Of a stretch of DNA of 64,000 nt, positions 7,436-15,887 are shown one piece after another. The position numbers and the translations under genes are program-made. How positions within the stretch are numbered: position 1 is the stretch's first letter; every line of letters begins with the position of its first letter. The stretch lies in NCBI GenBank assembly GCA_937911295.1, contig CALDQE010000025.1:47750-111749 (forward strand), in the 5' to 3' direction. The DNA is from an uncultured Verrucomicrobiota bacterium. Lineage in GTDB: Bacteria; Verrucomicrobiota; Kiritimatiellia; RFP12; UBA3636. The notes under the pieces were generated by a model. It ran no database searches, was not told the DNA's origin, and saw nothing but the letters and a program-made list of their open reading frames with translations.

Positions 7436-9544
7436 CTAATTTGATTTACCTACAAATATGTCTGGCCAACTGTCATTGGAGGTATTGTAGGTTATACGAA
7501 GAGTCTGTTTTGTCTCTACATTCATAAGAAATATCTCATAATCACAACTATCCTGCTCATGTCCTCCTGTACTTGCTCCATATACAAGCCAGTTACCATC
7601 CGGAGAAAAACGAGGGAAATACTCGTGACTAAAATCACTTTCTGAATCAAAAAATATTTTTCCTGGCGGATTTAATGCATCACACCAAAAGATGCTATTC
7701 TTTTGCTTGCCCGGATGGTTCATATATGCAAATTCTGTACTGCCGCTCTTTCTCCAAACTGCCTGACACCCAGAATCTATCTTTTGAAGCTTCTTCCCAT
7801 CCTTAGATATGCTTGCAATATAATTCATACGACCTCGAAGTGTTACAAGAAGGCTTGGCTCTGTATCATTTATATCTGGAATTGTAAGCTGTGTTCCTTC
7901 TAAAATTGGAGCAACTCCACTTTTTAATATTACTCTATCCTCTGTGGTAATAACACCATTTTTTTCAATTATTGTTGCTTGAACCAGCTCTGATGCGTCA
8001 TTACGCATAAAAACTACCGAATGCCCACTTGGATCCCAAACAGCCATAAACGCATTTGTTGCAAGCAAACACTCTTCCCCCTTTTCAAAATCGTACAAAT
8101 ATGTATCCCATTTACTCATATTTCTAAGGGATACCCATGGCTCTGTAGAACGAGAGAAAACAAATTTAGTTCCATCAGGAGAAAGCTTTGGATATGTATC
8201 TGTAAAGCCAGAATTAGTTAGGCGAGTAATTTCTCCAGAAGCAATATCCTGAGAATAAATACTATGCAAGCCATCCCTATTTGAACTCCACACAATTCTT
8301 CCCGCAAGTCCATTTAAAAATTCAGCCCTATGCTGAAGCTCTTCGGCAGGGATTTCTATACTACTACCCTTTGGTGGCGGGGTAAGGCGTCCTCCCTTCA
8401 CAAAGCTACGATACGACAAAAGTAAAAAGCCAAATGCTATTGCTATTGTGCTAAGCAATACTCCAGCACGTAGCATAGCTTGCCATGTGATTTTCTTATC
8501 GCATTTTGTCTTCTCAGCAATTTCTGCATTACTGTCTGTTTTCCAGACAAAAGCAATCAAAGATATAGCACCCAATGAATAATCGATAATTTGGCTAATA
8601 AAGTGCATTGCGAACATAGCAATTACAACAAACTTTAATGACGCTTCACCAAAGCCCATGAGCTTAAAAGCTGAGATACCACCAGTTTCATAAGTACCAA
8701 AGCTCATAAAAGAAGGAACTGGCAATGCTGCAGAGCCTTCAGCACCTATTAGAGCCAGAACCACCTGTGAGCTCGATGCTGCTGCCAATTCAGCAGAAAG
8801 AGGTATAACAACCGACTGAAACAAGAATAACAAACCAGCATATTTACATGCTCTTACACACACAGACAGGAGCAATACCTGTAAAAGCTTACCACTCTTT
8901 CGCACAGCAACAACAGAAGTGGCTGTATCTTCTAATAGATTAAACAGAGCAACCAAAAATTTTGGGAGCGATGTGAAGCGTGCTTTTATTCGAGCTGCAA
9001 GTTTACCAAAACAAGGTAAAATATAAAATATTCCAACACCCCCAATAATGCATAGCAATACTAGCATTATTACTGAGCCAAGTAGCGAAATACTATTGGT
9101 TGCCATTGGTAGAGCAACAGCAAATACTAATAATAATCCAATAAAATCAAAAAGCAAAGATATAGAAAGAGAAGAAAGACCATCGGCTACAGCAATGCCA
9201 CAGCCTCGCTTTAGCAGTGCAACATAGCTCAATTCACCTATTCTCGCAGGAAGCATATCTACAAAAGCTCCACGAACGAAGGTTACAAGAATCATTGGTG
9301 TGAGTTTTACTTCTGTACCAGCACTCTTGAGCAAAATCTTTGCTCTAATCGCTCTAAAGAAGGTCTGCAATATTTGGCAAATAAGGTATATTGCAACATA
9401 AAACATAACTGCTGATTTTGCTGCATCTACAATTGTAACAATAGACACATCCCCATTCTCGCCAGAAACAAGCTTAAGCAGTAAGCCTACAAGAATAATT
9501 GAAACGATAATTGAGGCAACAAATTTTATAATACTTTTCTTCAT
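7436..9544 (-). CDS. Fusion protein: an N-terminal polytopic flippase-like domain of the lysyl-phosphatidylglycerol-synthase TM type (UPF0104) joined to a C-terminal TolB-like (PD40) beta-propeller
   Basis: The first ~330 residues have multiple TM helices and a flippase-like pattern (FVRGAFVDMLPARIGELSYVALLKRGCG). The C-terminal half has PD40-like repeats: LSPDGTKFVFSRS, FSPDGNWLVYGAS and WSSNRDGLHSIY. Confidence 0.6.
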   Translation of the reverse strand: MKKSIIKFVASIIVSIILVGLLLKLVSGENGDVSIVTIVDAAKSAVMFYVAIYLICQILQTFFRAIRAKILLKSAGTEVKLTPMILVTFVRGAFVDMLPARIGELSYVALLKRGCGIAVADGLSSLSISLLFDFIGLLLVFAVALPMATNSISLLGSVIMLVLLCIIGGVGIFYILPCFGKLAARIKARFTSLPKFLVALFNLLEDTATSVVAVRKSGKLLQVLLLSVCVRACKYAGLLFLFQSVVIPLSAELAAASSSQVVLALIGAEGSAALPVPSFMSFGTYETGGISAFKLMGFGEASLKFVVIAMFAMHFISQIIDYSLGAISLIAFVWKTDSNAEIAEKTKCDKKITWQAMLRAGVLLSTIAIAFGFLLLSYRSFVKGGRLTPPPKGSSIEIPAEELQHRAEFLNGLAGRIVWSSNRDGLHSIYSQDIASGEITRLTNSGFTDTYPKLSPDGTKFVFSRSTEPWVSLRNMSKWDTYLYDFEKGEECLLATNAFMAVWDPSGHSVVFMRNDASELVQATIIEKNGVITTEDRVILKSGVAPILEGTQLTIPDINDTEPSLLVTLRGRMNYIASISKDGKKLQKIDSGCQAVWRKSGSTEFAYMNHPGKQKNSIFWCDALNPPGKIFFDSESDFSHEYFPRFSPDGNWLVYGASTGGHEQDSCDYEIFLMNVETKQTLRITYNTSNDSWPDIFVGKSN

Positions 9545-9750
9545 TTCTAACCCTTATATAACAAATTCAATCAATAGTTTTATGAAACACAATTCTTCTT
9601 CTAAGTGGAGAAGGAAAATTTGTGTTTTTTAAAGGAGCAAGCCTAATAAATTTCCGCACTTATAGATGGCACGCTACCACACTTGCACACGAGAGAGCGA
9701 CTGAGAGTTGCTTCTCGAGAATACCTCGCACTTTTCTTCTAACTTCTCTT

Positions 9751-10755
9751 TTATAAACCAACCAATATATCGCGAAGCTTAGTGCGAACCTCATCAAGAG
9801 ACATCCCTGTTAAGGAAGCACCCGCTGCACGAGCATGACCACCGCCACCAAGCCTTGCACAAATTGCAGCTGCGTCGTATGGCTCTTTTGTGCGCAAGCT
9901 TATGTTTACAGGTGCATTAGGGAATGGTTGACGAATAAATGCAGCCATTTCTACCCCACGTATAGAGCGGACAATATCCACAAAATTCTCTGAATCAGAG
10001 CCTATGCAACCCTCTGCAGCAAAATCTTCGCTTGTTAGAAAACCAACAGCAATTTTGCCATTACACTCAACTGAAATACTCTTAATTAGGCGTTGTTGGA
10101 GCATTAGTCGCTTCAGTGGCTGGCTTCCATATATTTGCTCATTAATATACTCAGTGCGTACTCCTTGAGCAGCTAGCTTTGCGCCTATCTCAAGGGTAAG
10201 AGGTGATGTACAGCTATAAGCGAAACGACCAGTATCGGTCACTATACCCGTCCAAAGTGCTTCAGCTATTGCTCTATCAAAGTGGCAATGTGGCATGGCA
10301 GCAAGAAGCTGATAAACCAATTCACTAGAAGCAGCAGCATCCTCGTCTATCAAAGCTTTCTTTGCAAAGCCATCGATATAACCCTTATGGTGATCTACAC
10401 AAAGGGAGACACCAATCTTTGGAAAAACTTCCTTTAATTCATCTGGCAAGCGCTTTGCTGTATTGCAATCAACAACAATTAGAAAATCATCATCCTTCAA
10501 TTGGTCCACTGTTAGGACATATTCCATTCCTTGGAGAAATGCGTATTCTGGGCGGAGCTCATTAAAACCAATGCAATGAGCATCAAAGCCCTGTGTACGC
10601 AAGCCCAAGCACAAACCGAGAGCAGTGCCATAAGCATCACCATCTGGGTTAATATGTGCAGAAATCACAATTCTTGTGGCAGGGTCTACTGCTGCAAGAT
10701 ATGAGGCTGCAGCTTTTAGCTGCTCAGCAAAATTATTCTCTTTAGACTCACTCAT
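9751..10755 (-). CDS. nrnA: DHH-family phosphoesterase (NrnA-like bifunctional oligoribonuclease / pAp phosphatase)
   Basis: The DHH motifs ISAHINPDGDAYGTALGL and CVDHHKGY are present, and the C-terminus has the DHHA1-like GGGHARAAG. Confidence 0.75.
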   Translation of the reverse strand: MSESKENNFAEQLKAAASYLAAVDPATRIVISAHINPDGDAYGTALGLCLGLRTQGFDAHCIGFNELRPEYAFLQGMEYVLTVDQLKDDDFLIVVDCNTAKRLPDELKEVFPKIGVSLCVDHHKGYIDGFAKKALIDEDAAASSELVYQLLAAMPHCHFDRAIAEALWTGIVTDTGRFAYSCTSPLTLEIGAKLAAQGVRTEYINEQIYGSQPLKRLMLQQRLIKSISVECNGKIAVGFLTSEDFAAEGCIGSDSENFVDIVRSIRGVEMAAFIRQPFPNAPVNISLRTKEPYDAAAICARLGGGGHARAAGASLTGMSLDEVRTKLRDILVGL

Positions 10756-11902
10756 TTTCTATCACCTTACTAAAGCAATTATCACGAGCCCAACGTAGCT
10801 CACCAAGAAGCCCCTCTTTAATATCAGTTGTGGCACCACTACAGCTATTCCAGACCTCCCATGTATAGGTCTCGCACTCAAAGTGCTTACAGCCAGAGGC
10901 AGCAAGTGCTGCAGCAAAATCGGCAGTCTTCAGCTCCTCTGCTGTGCTTCCTAATAAGCCTGTTGGCGTGACATATAATGGCACATGGAAATGGACTCTA
11001 AGCTCGGCACCTTTTGAAGGAGCAATATTTAGTGCAGCAGGAATGTCATCTGCACGAGTAATAATGCCATCAGCAGTGCGATGAACTGTCTGGTGCAAAT
11101 ATGTGCTCTCATTGTATTGCGCAAGGATTGCTCTACCCTCAACAGTATCAGGAAGCACCATAGCTGCACTTAGCTGCACCTTGCCTATAAAGATGCCGTT
11201 TGAGGAAAGTTCACGCACAGCGGCTGCTAAATTTTCAAATTCAACGCTTTGGTGAGCAGTATCAAAGCAAATACCGAGATAGCGCTCTAGCTCTGGGGTT
11301 AGCCCTGCTGCTCGGAGCTGCTTAAAGAAATCAATTAGCTCAGGCGTTGTTTCTGGATAGCAGCCAGGCTCTGCCTCAATACAAAGCACAATGCGTTTAC
11401 CATACCTCTCTTCCACAGACTGCAAATGCTTTGCCGCACGAATATAATTTTCTATTGCCTTTGTATGAGGTTCATTCCATGCCTTAAAATTTGCTGGAGA
11501 GGTAGAGATGCTTCCGTATTCAACTGTATCAGGAAGAAGCTGAGCGAGAATATTTGCAGAGCGTTTTGTATATTCTAGGCGCTCCTCCATATCCCATGCA
11601 GGGCGATATACCTCGTCCTTTACTTGGACGCCATGAAAAGTACCAAAAGGAAAAGCATTCATTGTGAATGCAAAGAGGCGGTTGCTACGCATTAGCTGCA
11701 AGAGAGCTTGAAGTAAAAAAGGATTTGCTGTCAGTTCATCAACTGCTTTTGCTGCAAGTCGTAAACCAACACCAAACCGCTCACCGGGCATTGAGAATTC
11801 TTTACCAATTGGTGCTGCAAAATCAGTTATTGCTTGCATGACATCGCCAATGCCTTCGCCCTTATGAACATTCATGCAATATGTTAAATACTTTTTACTC
11901 AT
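10748..11902 (-). CDS. Xylose-isomerase-like TIM-barrel protein, EboE-like
   Basis: It is 384 aa long and its N-terminus, LTYCMNVHKGEG, is typical of EboE-type sugar-phosphate isomerase/epimerase TIM barrels. It overlaps nrnA by 8 bp and lies immediately downstream of nfo. Confidence 0.45.
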   Translation of the reverse strand: MSKKYLTYCMNVHKGEGIGDVMQAITDFAAPIGKEFSMPGERFGVGLRLAAKAVDELTANPFLLQALLQLMRSNRLFAFTMNAFPFGTFHGVQVKDEVYRPAWDMEERLEYTKRSANILAQLLPDTVEYGSISTSPANFKAWNEPHTKAIENYIRAAKHLQSVEERYGKRIVLCIEAEPGCYPETTPELIDFFKQLRAAGLTPELERYLGICFDTAHQSVEFENLAAAVRELSSNGIFIGKVQLSAAMVLPDTVEGRAILAQYNESTYLHQTVHRTADGIITRADDIPAALNIAPSKGAELRVHFHVPLYVTPTGLLGSTAEELKTADFAAALAASGCKHFECETYTWEVWNSCSGATTDIKEGLLGELRWARDNCFSKVIENE

Positions 11903-11933
11903 AGCATACCCTTGTTCTACTTAGCACATTACA

Positions 11934-12779
11934 CTATTGGCGTAAACTTTTTAGTAGTGCAATTTCCTTTGCATAGCCATCTAGCTCATTTGGTGTTTCC
12001 AAAAGGAATGGAAGCTGACGTAGCTTAGGGTGATTGATTACACGGGCAATTGCATCTAAAGGAAGCTGCCCCTCGCCAAGCTTTGCGTGACGGTCCTTAT
12101 GAGCAGCAAGCGTATTCAAGCTTCCATTAAGATGAATTGCCTTCAGACGATTAAGACCAATAACACTATCAAACTCAGCAATCACACCATCCAAATCTGA
12201 AACAATATCATAGCCACCATCCCAAATATGGCAGGTATCGAGGCAAACACCAAGCTGCTGAGACAGCTCCACATTATCAATAATTGTGCGAAGCTCCTCA
12301 AAGCTTCTACCTATCTCACTGCCCTTGCCAGCCATTGTCTCTAGCAAAACAAGTGTGCTCTGCTCTGGAGAAAGGATGCGATTTAATAAATCACAAATTA
12401 ACTCAATGCCCTTTTCTACACCCTGCTGCACATGGCTACCAGGATGAAAGTTATAGTAACTATTTGGTGTATATTCAAGACGTTTAAGATCATCTGACAT
12501 CACCTCAAAGGCAAAATCACGAATGCGTTCATCTGCTGCACAAGCATTAAGAGTATAAGGTGCATGTGCAACAATTGGTCCAATATCATTCTCTTCTGCC
12601 AATTTCAGATATGCATCAATATCCTTTTGCGAAATAGGCTTTGCGGCACCACCGCGTGGATTGCGGGTAAAAAATTGAAATGTATTTGCACCTATCTCAA
12701 GGGCTGTTTTACCCATAGCCAAATAGCCATTTGAGGAAGACAAATGGCACCCTACCTTAAATACATCTGTATTATTCAT
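11934..12779 (-). CDS. nfo: Endonuclease IV (AP endonuclease family 2)
   Basis: It has [26 protein letters not shown]...[11 protein letters not shown] and FLLETPNE, and it aligns with E. coli Nfo along its whole length. Confidence 0.85.
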   Translation of the reverse strand: MNNTDVFKVGCHLSSSNGYLAMGKTALEIGANTFQFFTRNPRGGAAKPISQKDIDAYLKLAEENDIGPIVAHAPYTLNACAADERIRDFAFEVMSDDLKRLEYTPNSYYNFHPGSHVQQGVEKGIELICDLLNRILSPEQSTLVLLETMAGKGSEIGRSFEELRTIIDNVELSQQLGVCLDTCHIWDGGYDIVSDLDGVIAEFDSVIGLNRLKAIHLNGSLNTLAAHKDRHAKLGEGQLPLDAIARVINHPKLRQLPFLLETPNELDGYAKEIALLKSLRQ

Positions 12780-13554
12780 AGCACATCCTCACTGGAACAT
12801 TTAATTCATGAAGTCTGTCTTTAATGCTCTTAATCGTGTACTCACCTGTATGGAGCATACCAGCAACAATAGCTGCATCCGCATGGGCTATGTTAAAAGC
12901 ATCTGCCAAATGCTCAGGCTTTCCTGCACCACCTGAAGCAACAACAGGAATAGAAACCGCATCTGCGATTAGCTGAGTAATCTCTAGCTGGAAGCCAGCA
13001 CGTGTACCATCTGCATCAACAGAATTAACGACGATTTCTCCAGCACCCTCGCCCTCAGCACGCTTTGCCCATTCAACAGCATCAATACCTGTGCGGTTAC
13101 GGAAGCCGCGTGTGGTAATCTCATACCCAGATGGGCACTTTGCCAGATCATCTGTTTTCACAGGGTCCATACCAAGCACAATGCACTGAGAACCAAATGC
13201 TCTTGCTCCCTCACCAATCAACGCCGGCTTTGCAACTGCTAATGAATTAACTGAAACCTTCTCAGCTCCAGCTAGCAAAATTTTTGACATATCCTCGAGA
13301 GAAGAAACGCCTCCACCCACAGCAAAAGGAATACGAATTGCTTTTGCAACAGCTGCCACCATGGCCAAATCTGTTGGTCTATGCTCAGCAGATGCAGTAA
13401 TATCGTACACCACTAGCTCGTCACAGCCCTCAAGATAATAGCGCTCAGCAAGCTCTACTGGATCACCTAAATCGATATTATTCTTAAACTTTACGCCCTT
13501 TGTTACACGATTCTTAATTACATCGAGGCATGGGATAATTCGTCTTGTTAACAT
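12772..13554 (-). CDS. hisF: Imidazole glycerol phosphate synthase cyclase subunit HisF homolog. No other his genes are nearby.
   Basis: [12 protein letters not shown]...[26 protein letters not shown]...[14 protein letters not shown] matches E. coli HisF closely. Confidence 0.8.
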   Translation of the reverse strand: MLTRRIIPCLDVIKNRVTKGVKFKNNIDLGDPVELAERYYLEGCDELVVYDITASAEHRPTDLAMVAAVAKAIRIPFAVGGGVSSLEDMSKILLAGAEKVSVNSLAVAKPALIGEGARAFGSQCIVLGMDPVKTDDLAKCPSGYEITTRGFRNRTGIDAVEWAKRAEGEGAGEIVVNSVDADGTRAGFQLEITQLIADAVSIPVVASGGAGKPEHLADAFNIAHADAAIVAGMLHTGEYTIKSIKDRLHELNVPVRMCYE

Positions 13555-13586
13555 TTCAACTCCGTAACATTATTTTGGGTTAGCAC

Positions 13587-14639
13587 CTAAATTATTAGCA
13601 TACAATCGCCATAGCTATAGAAGCGATATTTCTCTTGAATTGCTGCTTGATAAGCCTTAAAGACCTTATCACTACCAGCCAATGCACAAATCATCATTAG
13701 CAAGGTTGAGCATGGCAAATGGAAATTTGTAAGCATAATATCTACTGCCTTAAATTCGTATGGCGGATAAATAAATGCAGTGCTGCGGGCCTTTTCTGCA
13801 GTTACCACACCATTATGGGAAGAGGCAGAGGTTTCAAGTGTGCGTACACTTGTGCTTCCGACAGCAAGGACTCTGCCACCGCGAGCCTTACACGCTGCCA
13901 CAGCCTTAGCTGTTGACTTTGGCACCTCATAGCGCTCTGCATCCATCACATGCTCTTCAACATTTGCCACCTTAACTGGTCTAAAAGTACCTGGCCCGAC
14001 ATGCAAAGTAACAAACTCACGGGCAACGCCATTAGCGGAAAGCTTTTCAAGCAATTCATTTGAAAAATGCAAGCCAGCAGTTGGAGCGGCCACAGCACCG
14101 ATTTCACGAGCATAAACAGTTTGATAGCGTTCTTTATCCATTTCAACTCGCTCATCACCGCTCTCCCGATGGATATATGGCGGAACAGGTGGCACACCAT
14201 ACTTATCAAGAATTTCAAAGAAATCGCCAGCGGATGCTACTGTAACATCGACCTTTCCATCATCATACTTAGCTTGAACAGTTGCTTTAATCTCACCATT
14301 TGCCAAAAGCATCACCGCACCTGGTCGCATTGGACGGGAGCTCTTGCACATCACAGTCCAAGCACCTGGCAAACGAACAGATGGTTCAATAAAAAGCACT
14401 TCAACCTTACCTGGTGTATCCTCCCAAGTACCAAATGCACGTGCTGAGAATACGCGAGTATCATTAAACACCATTAAATCCTTTGGTGTTAAATAATCAA
14501 CAATATCTGCAATGTGCTTATGCTCAATCTCGCCAGTGTCACGGTGTAACACAAGCATACGAGAAATGCCGCGTTCTGCAGGTGGCTCTTGAGCAATTAG
14601 CTCTGGGGGTAAAATATAATCAAAATCTGAAGTTAGCAT
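13587..14639 (-). CDS. queA: S-adenosylmethionine:tRNA ribosyltransferase-isomerase
   Basis: DFDYILPPELIAQEPPAERGISRMLVL...LMVFNDTRVFSARAFG is typical of QueA. Confidence 0.9.
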   Translation of the reverse strand: MLTSDFDYILPPELIAQEPPAERGISRMLVLHRDTGEIEHKHIADIVDYLTPKDLMVFNDTRVFSARAFGTWEDTPGKVEVLFIEPSVRLPGAWTVMCKSSRPMRPGAVMLLANGEIKATVQAKYDDGKVDVTVASAGDFFEILDKYGVPPVPPYIHRESGDERVEMDKERYQTVYAREIGAVAAPTAGLHFSNELLEKLSANGVAREFVTLHVGPGTFRPVKVANVEEHVMDAERYEVPKSTAKAVAACKARGGRVLAVGSTSVRTLETSASSHNGVVTAEKARSTAFIYPPYEFKAVDIMLTNFHLPCSTLLMMICALAGSDKVFKAYQAAIQEKYRFYSYGDCMLII

Positions 14640-14662
14640 AAATAGTAGTAATTTCTTTTAAT

Positions 14663-15667
14663 TTAATTCTTTTTAGATGCATCACCTAATCGCTCCAGCA
14701 TATTGCGAACTGCCTGAAACATCATATCGACAGAGATAGAATTCATACATTCCAAAGACCCTTTAGGGCAGACGCGTTTACGACAAGGTGCACAAGCATT
14801 TGTCTGAACAACAATATTACCAAAACCATAGGGCCCAGTACGCTCTGGAGAGGTAGGACCAAAAGGTACGACAACTGGCGTGCCGGTAGCAACACCCATA
14901 TGCATAGGACCTGAATCATTTGACACAAGCACATTCATCTGCTTAAGCACAGCCATTGTTTGGGCAATAGATGTTACTCCGCACAAATTTTTGCCAAATT
15001 TTGTTGCTGCACAAATTTGGTCGCCAAGCTCCTTTTCGCCTGGACCTCCAATAACATAGATTGCGGCATTTAATTCTTGCTCAAGCTTTTGAGCGAGCAT
15101 AGCAAAGCGTTCTGCCGGCCAATTTTTTGTTATCCAGCGCGACATTGGTGCGATTGCGATATTCACATTTGGTTCAAACTCCGCATGTGGCAAATCAAAT
15201 TGTGGTAGAGTAAGTGGATACATTGCCTCTGATGGAACACCAATATCAAGATAGCGAAGAATATCATAGCACTCATCTACAGCGTGGCGGTTTTTATTGC
15301 GCTTTCCTGCCAATGCGTGGTAGAACATAGGCGAGCCTTCACGAGCAAAGGATGGTCCGATACGTTTCTCTGAGCGTGCAGCTCGAGCAACTAAGGCACT
15401 TTTCATTAGTCCTTGTAAGTCAACGACCATATCATATTCATCTGCCTTATGAAGAGAACGCAGAGCTTTAAAATATTCGCGAAGCTTTGATGGGCGAGGA
15501 ACTTCAATGACCTTATCAACACAGGAAAAGCAATGCACAATACTTGCAAAATTTGGTTGGACCGCCCAATGGATTTCTGCACCATAATGCTGTTTAAGGG
15601 CTGCCACTGCAGGAAGGGCATGAAGAGTATCGCCAAATGAGCTAAGCTTTACAACGAGTATTTTCAT
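14663..15667 (-). CDS. ADP-heptose:LPS heptosyltransferase (GT9 family)
   Basis: MKILVVKLSSFGDTLHALPAVAALK is the GT9 N-terminal signature. Confidence 0.8.
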   Translation of the reverse strand: MKILVVKLSSFGDTLHALPAVAALKQHYGAEIHWAVQPNFASIVHCFSCVDKVIEVPRPSKLREYFKALRSLHKADEYDMVVDLQGLMKSALVARAARSEKRIGPSFAREGSPMFYHALAGKRNKNRHAVDECYDILRYLDIGVPSEAMYPLTLPQFDLPHAEFEPNVNIAIAPMSRWITKNWPAERFAMLAQKLEQELNAAIYVIGGPGEKELGDQICAATKFGKNLCGVTSIAQTMAVLKQMNVLVSNDSGPMHMGVATGTPVVVPFGPTSPERTGPYGFGNIVVQTNACAPCRKRVCPKGSLECMNSISVDMMFQAVRNMLERLGDASKKN

Positions 15668-15820
15668 AAATGTAAATTATTATTTCGGATAAAATCGGTT
15701 AAATTTGATAAAACAAAATTTATATATAAATTTTATCACGAATAGGTCTAATAATCAATATTGAATAATCTTTCACGCTTATCCCGATTTTTAGGGGGAA
15801 ATAAGCACACACCAAAAACA

Positions 15821-15860
15821 ATAAACTCGCAAGTCTAATCACTTAGCAACTTGCGAGCTT
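15821..15860 (-). terminator. Rho-independent terminator after the coiled-coil gene pair
   Basis: A 9-bp inverted repeat, ctcgcaagt...acttgcgag, is followed on the minus strand by a T-rich run (tttattgtttttgg). Confidence 0.5.
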
Positions 15861-15887
15861 AATTGTGTTTACATTTCTACAAATTGG

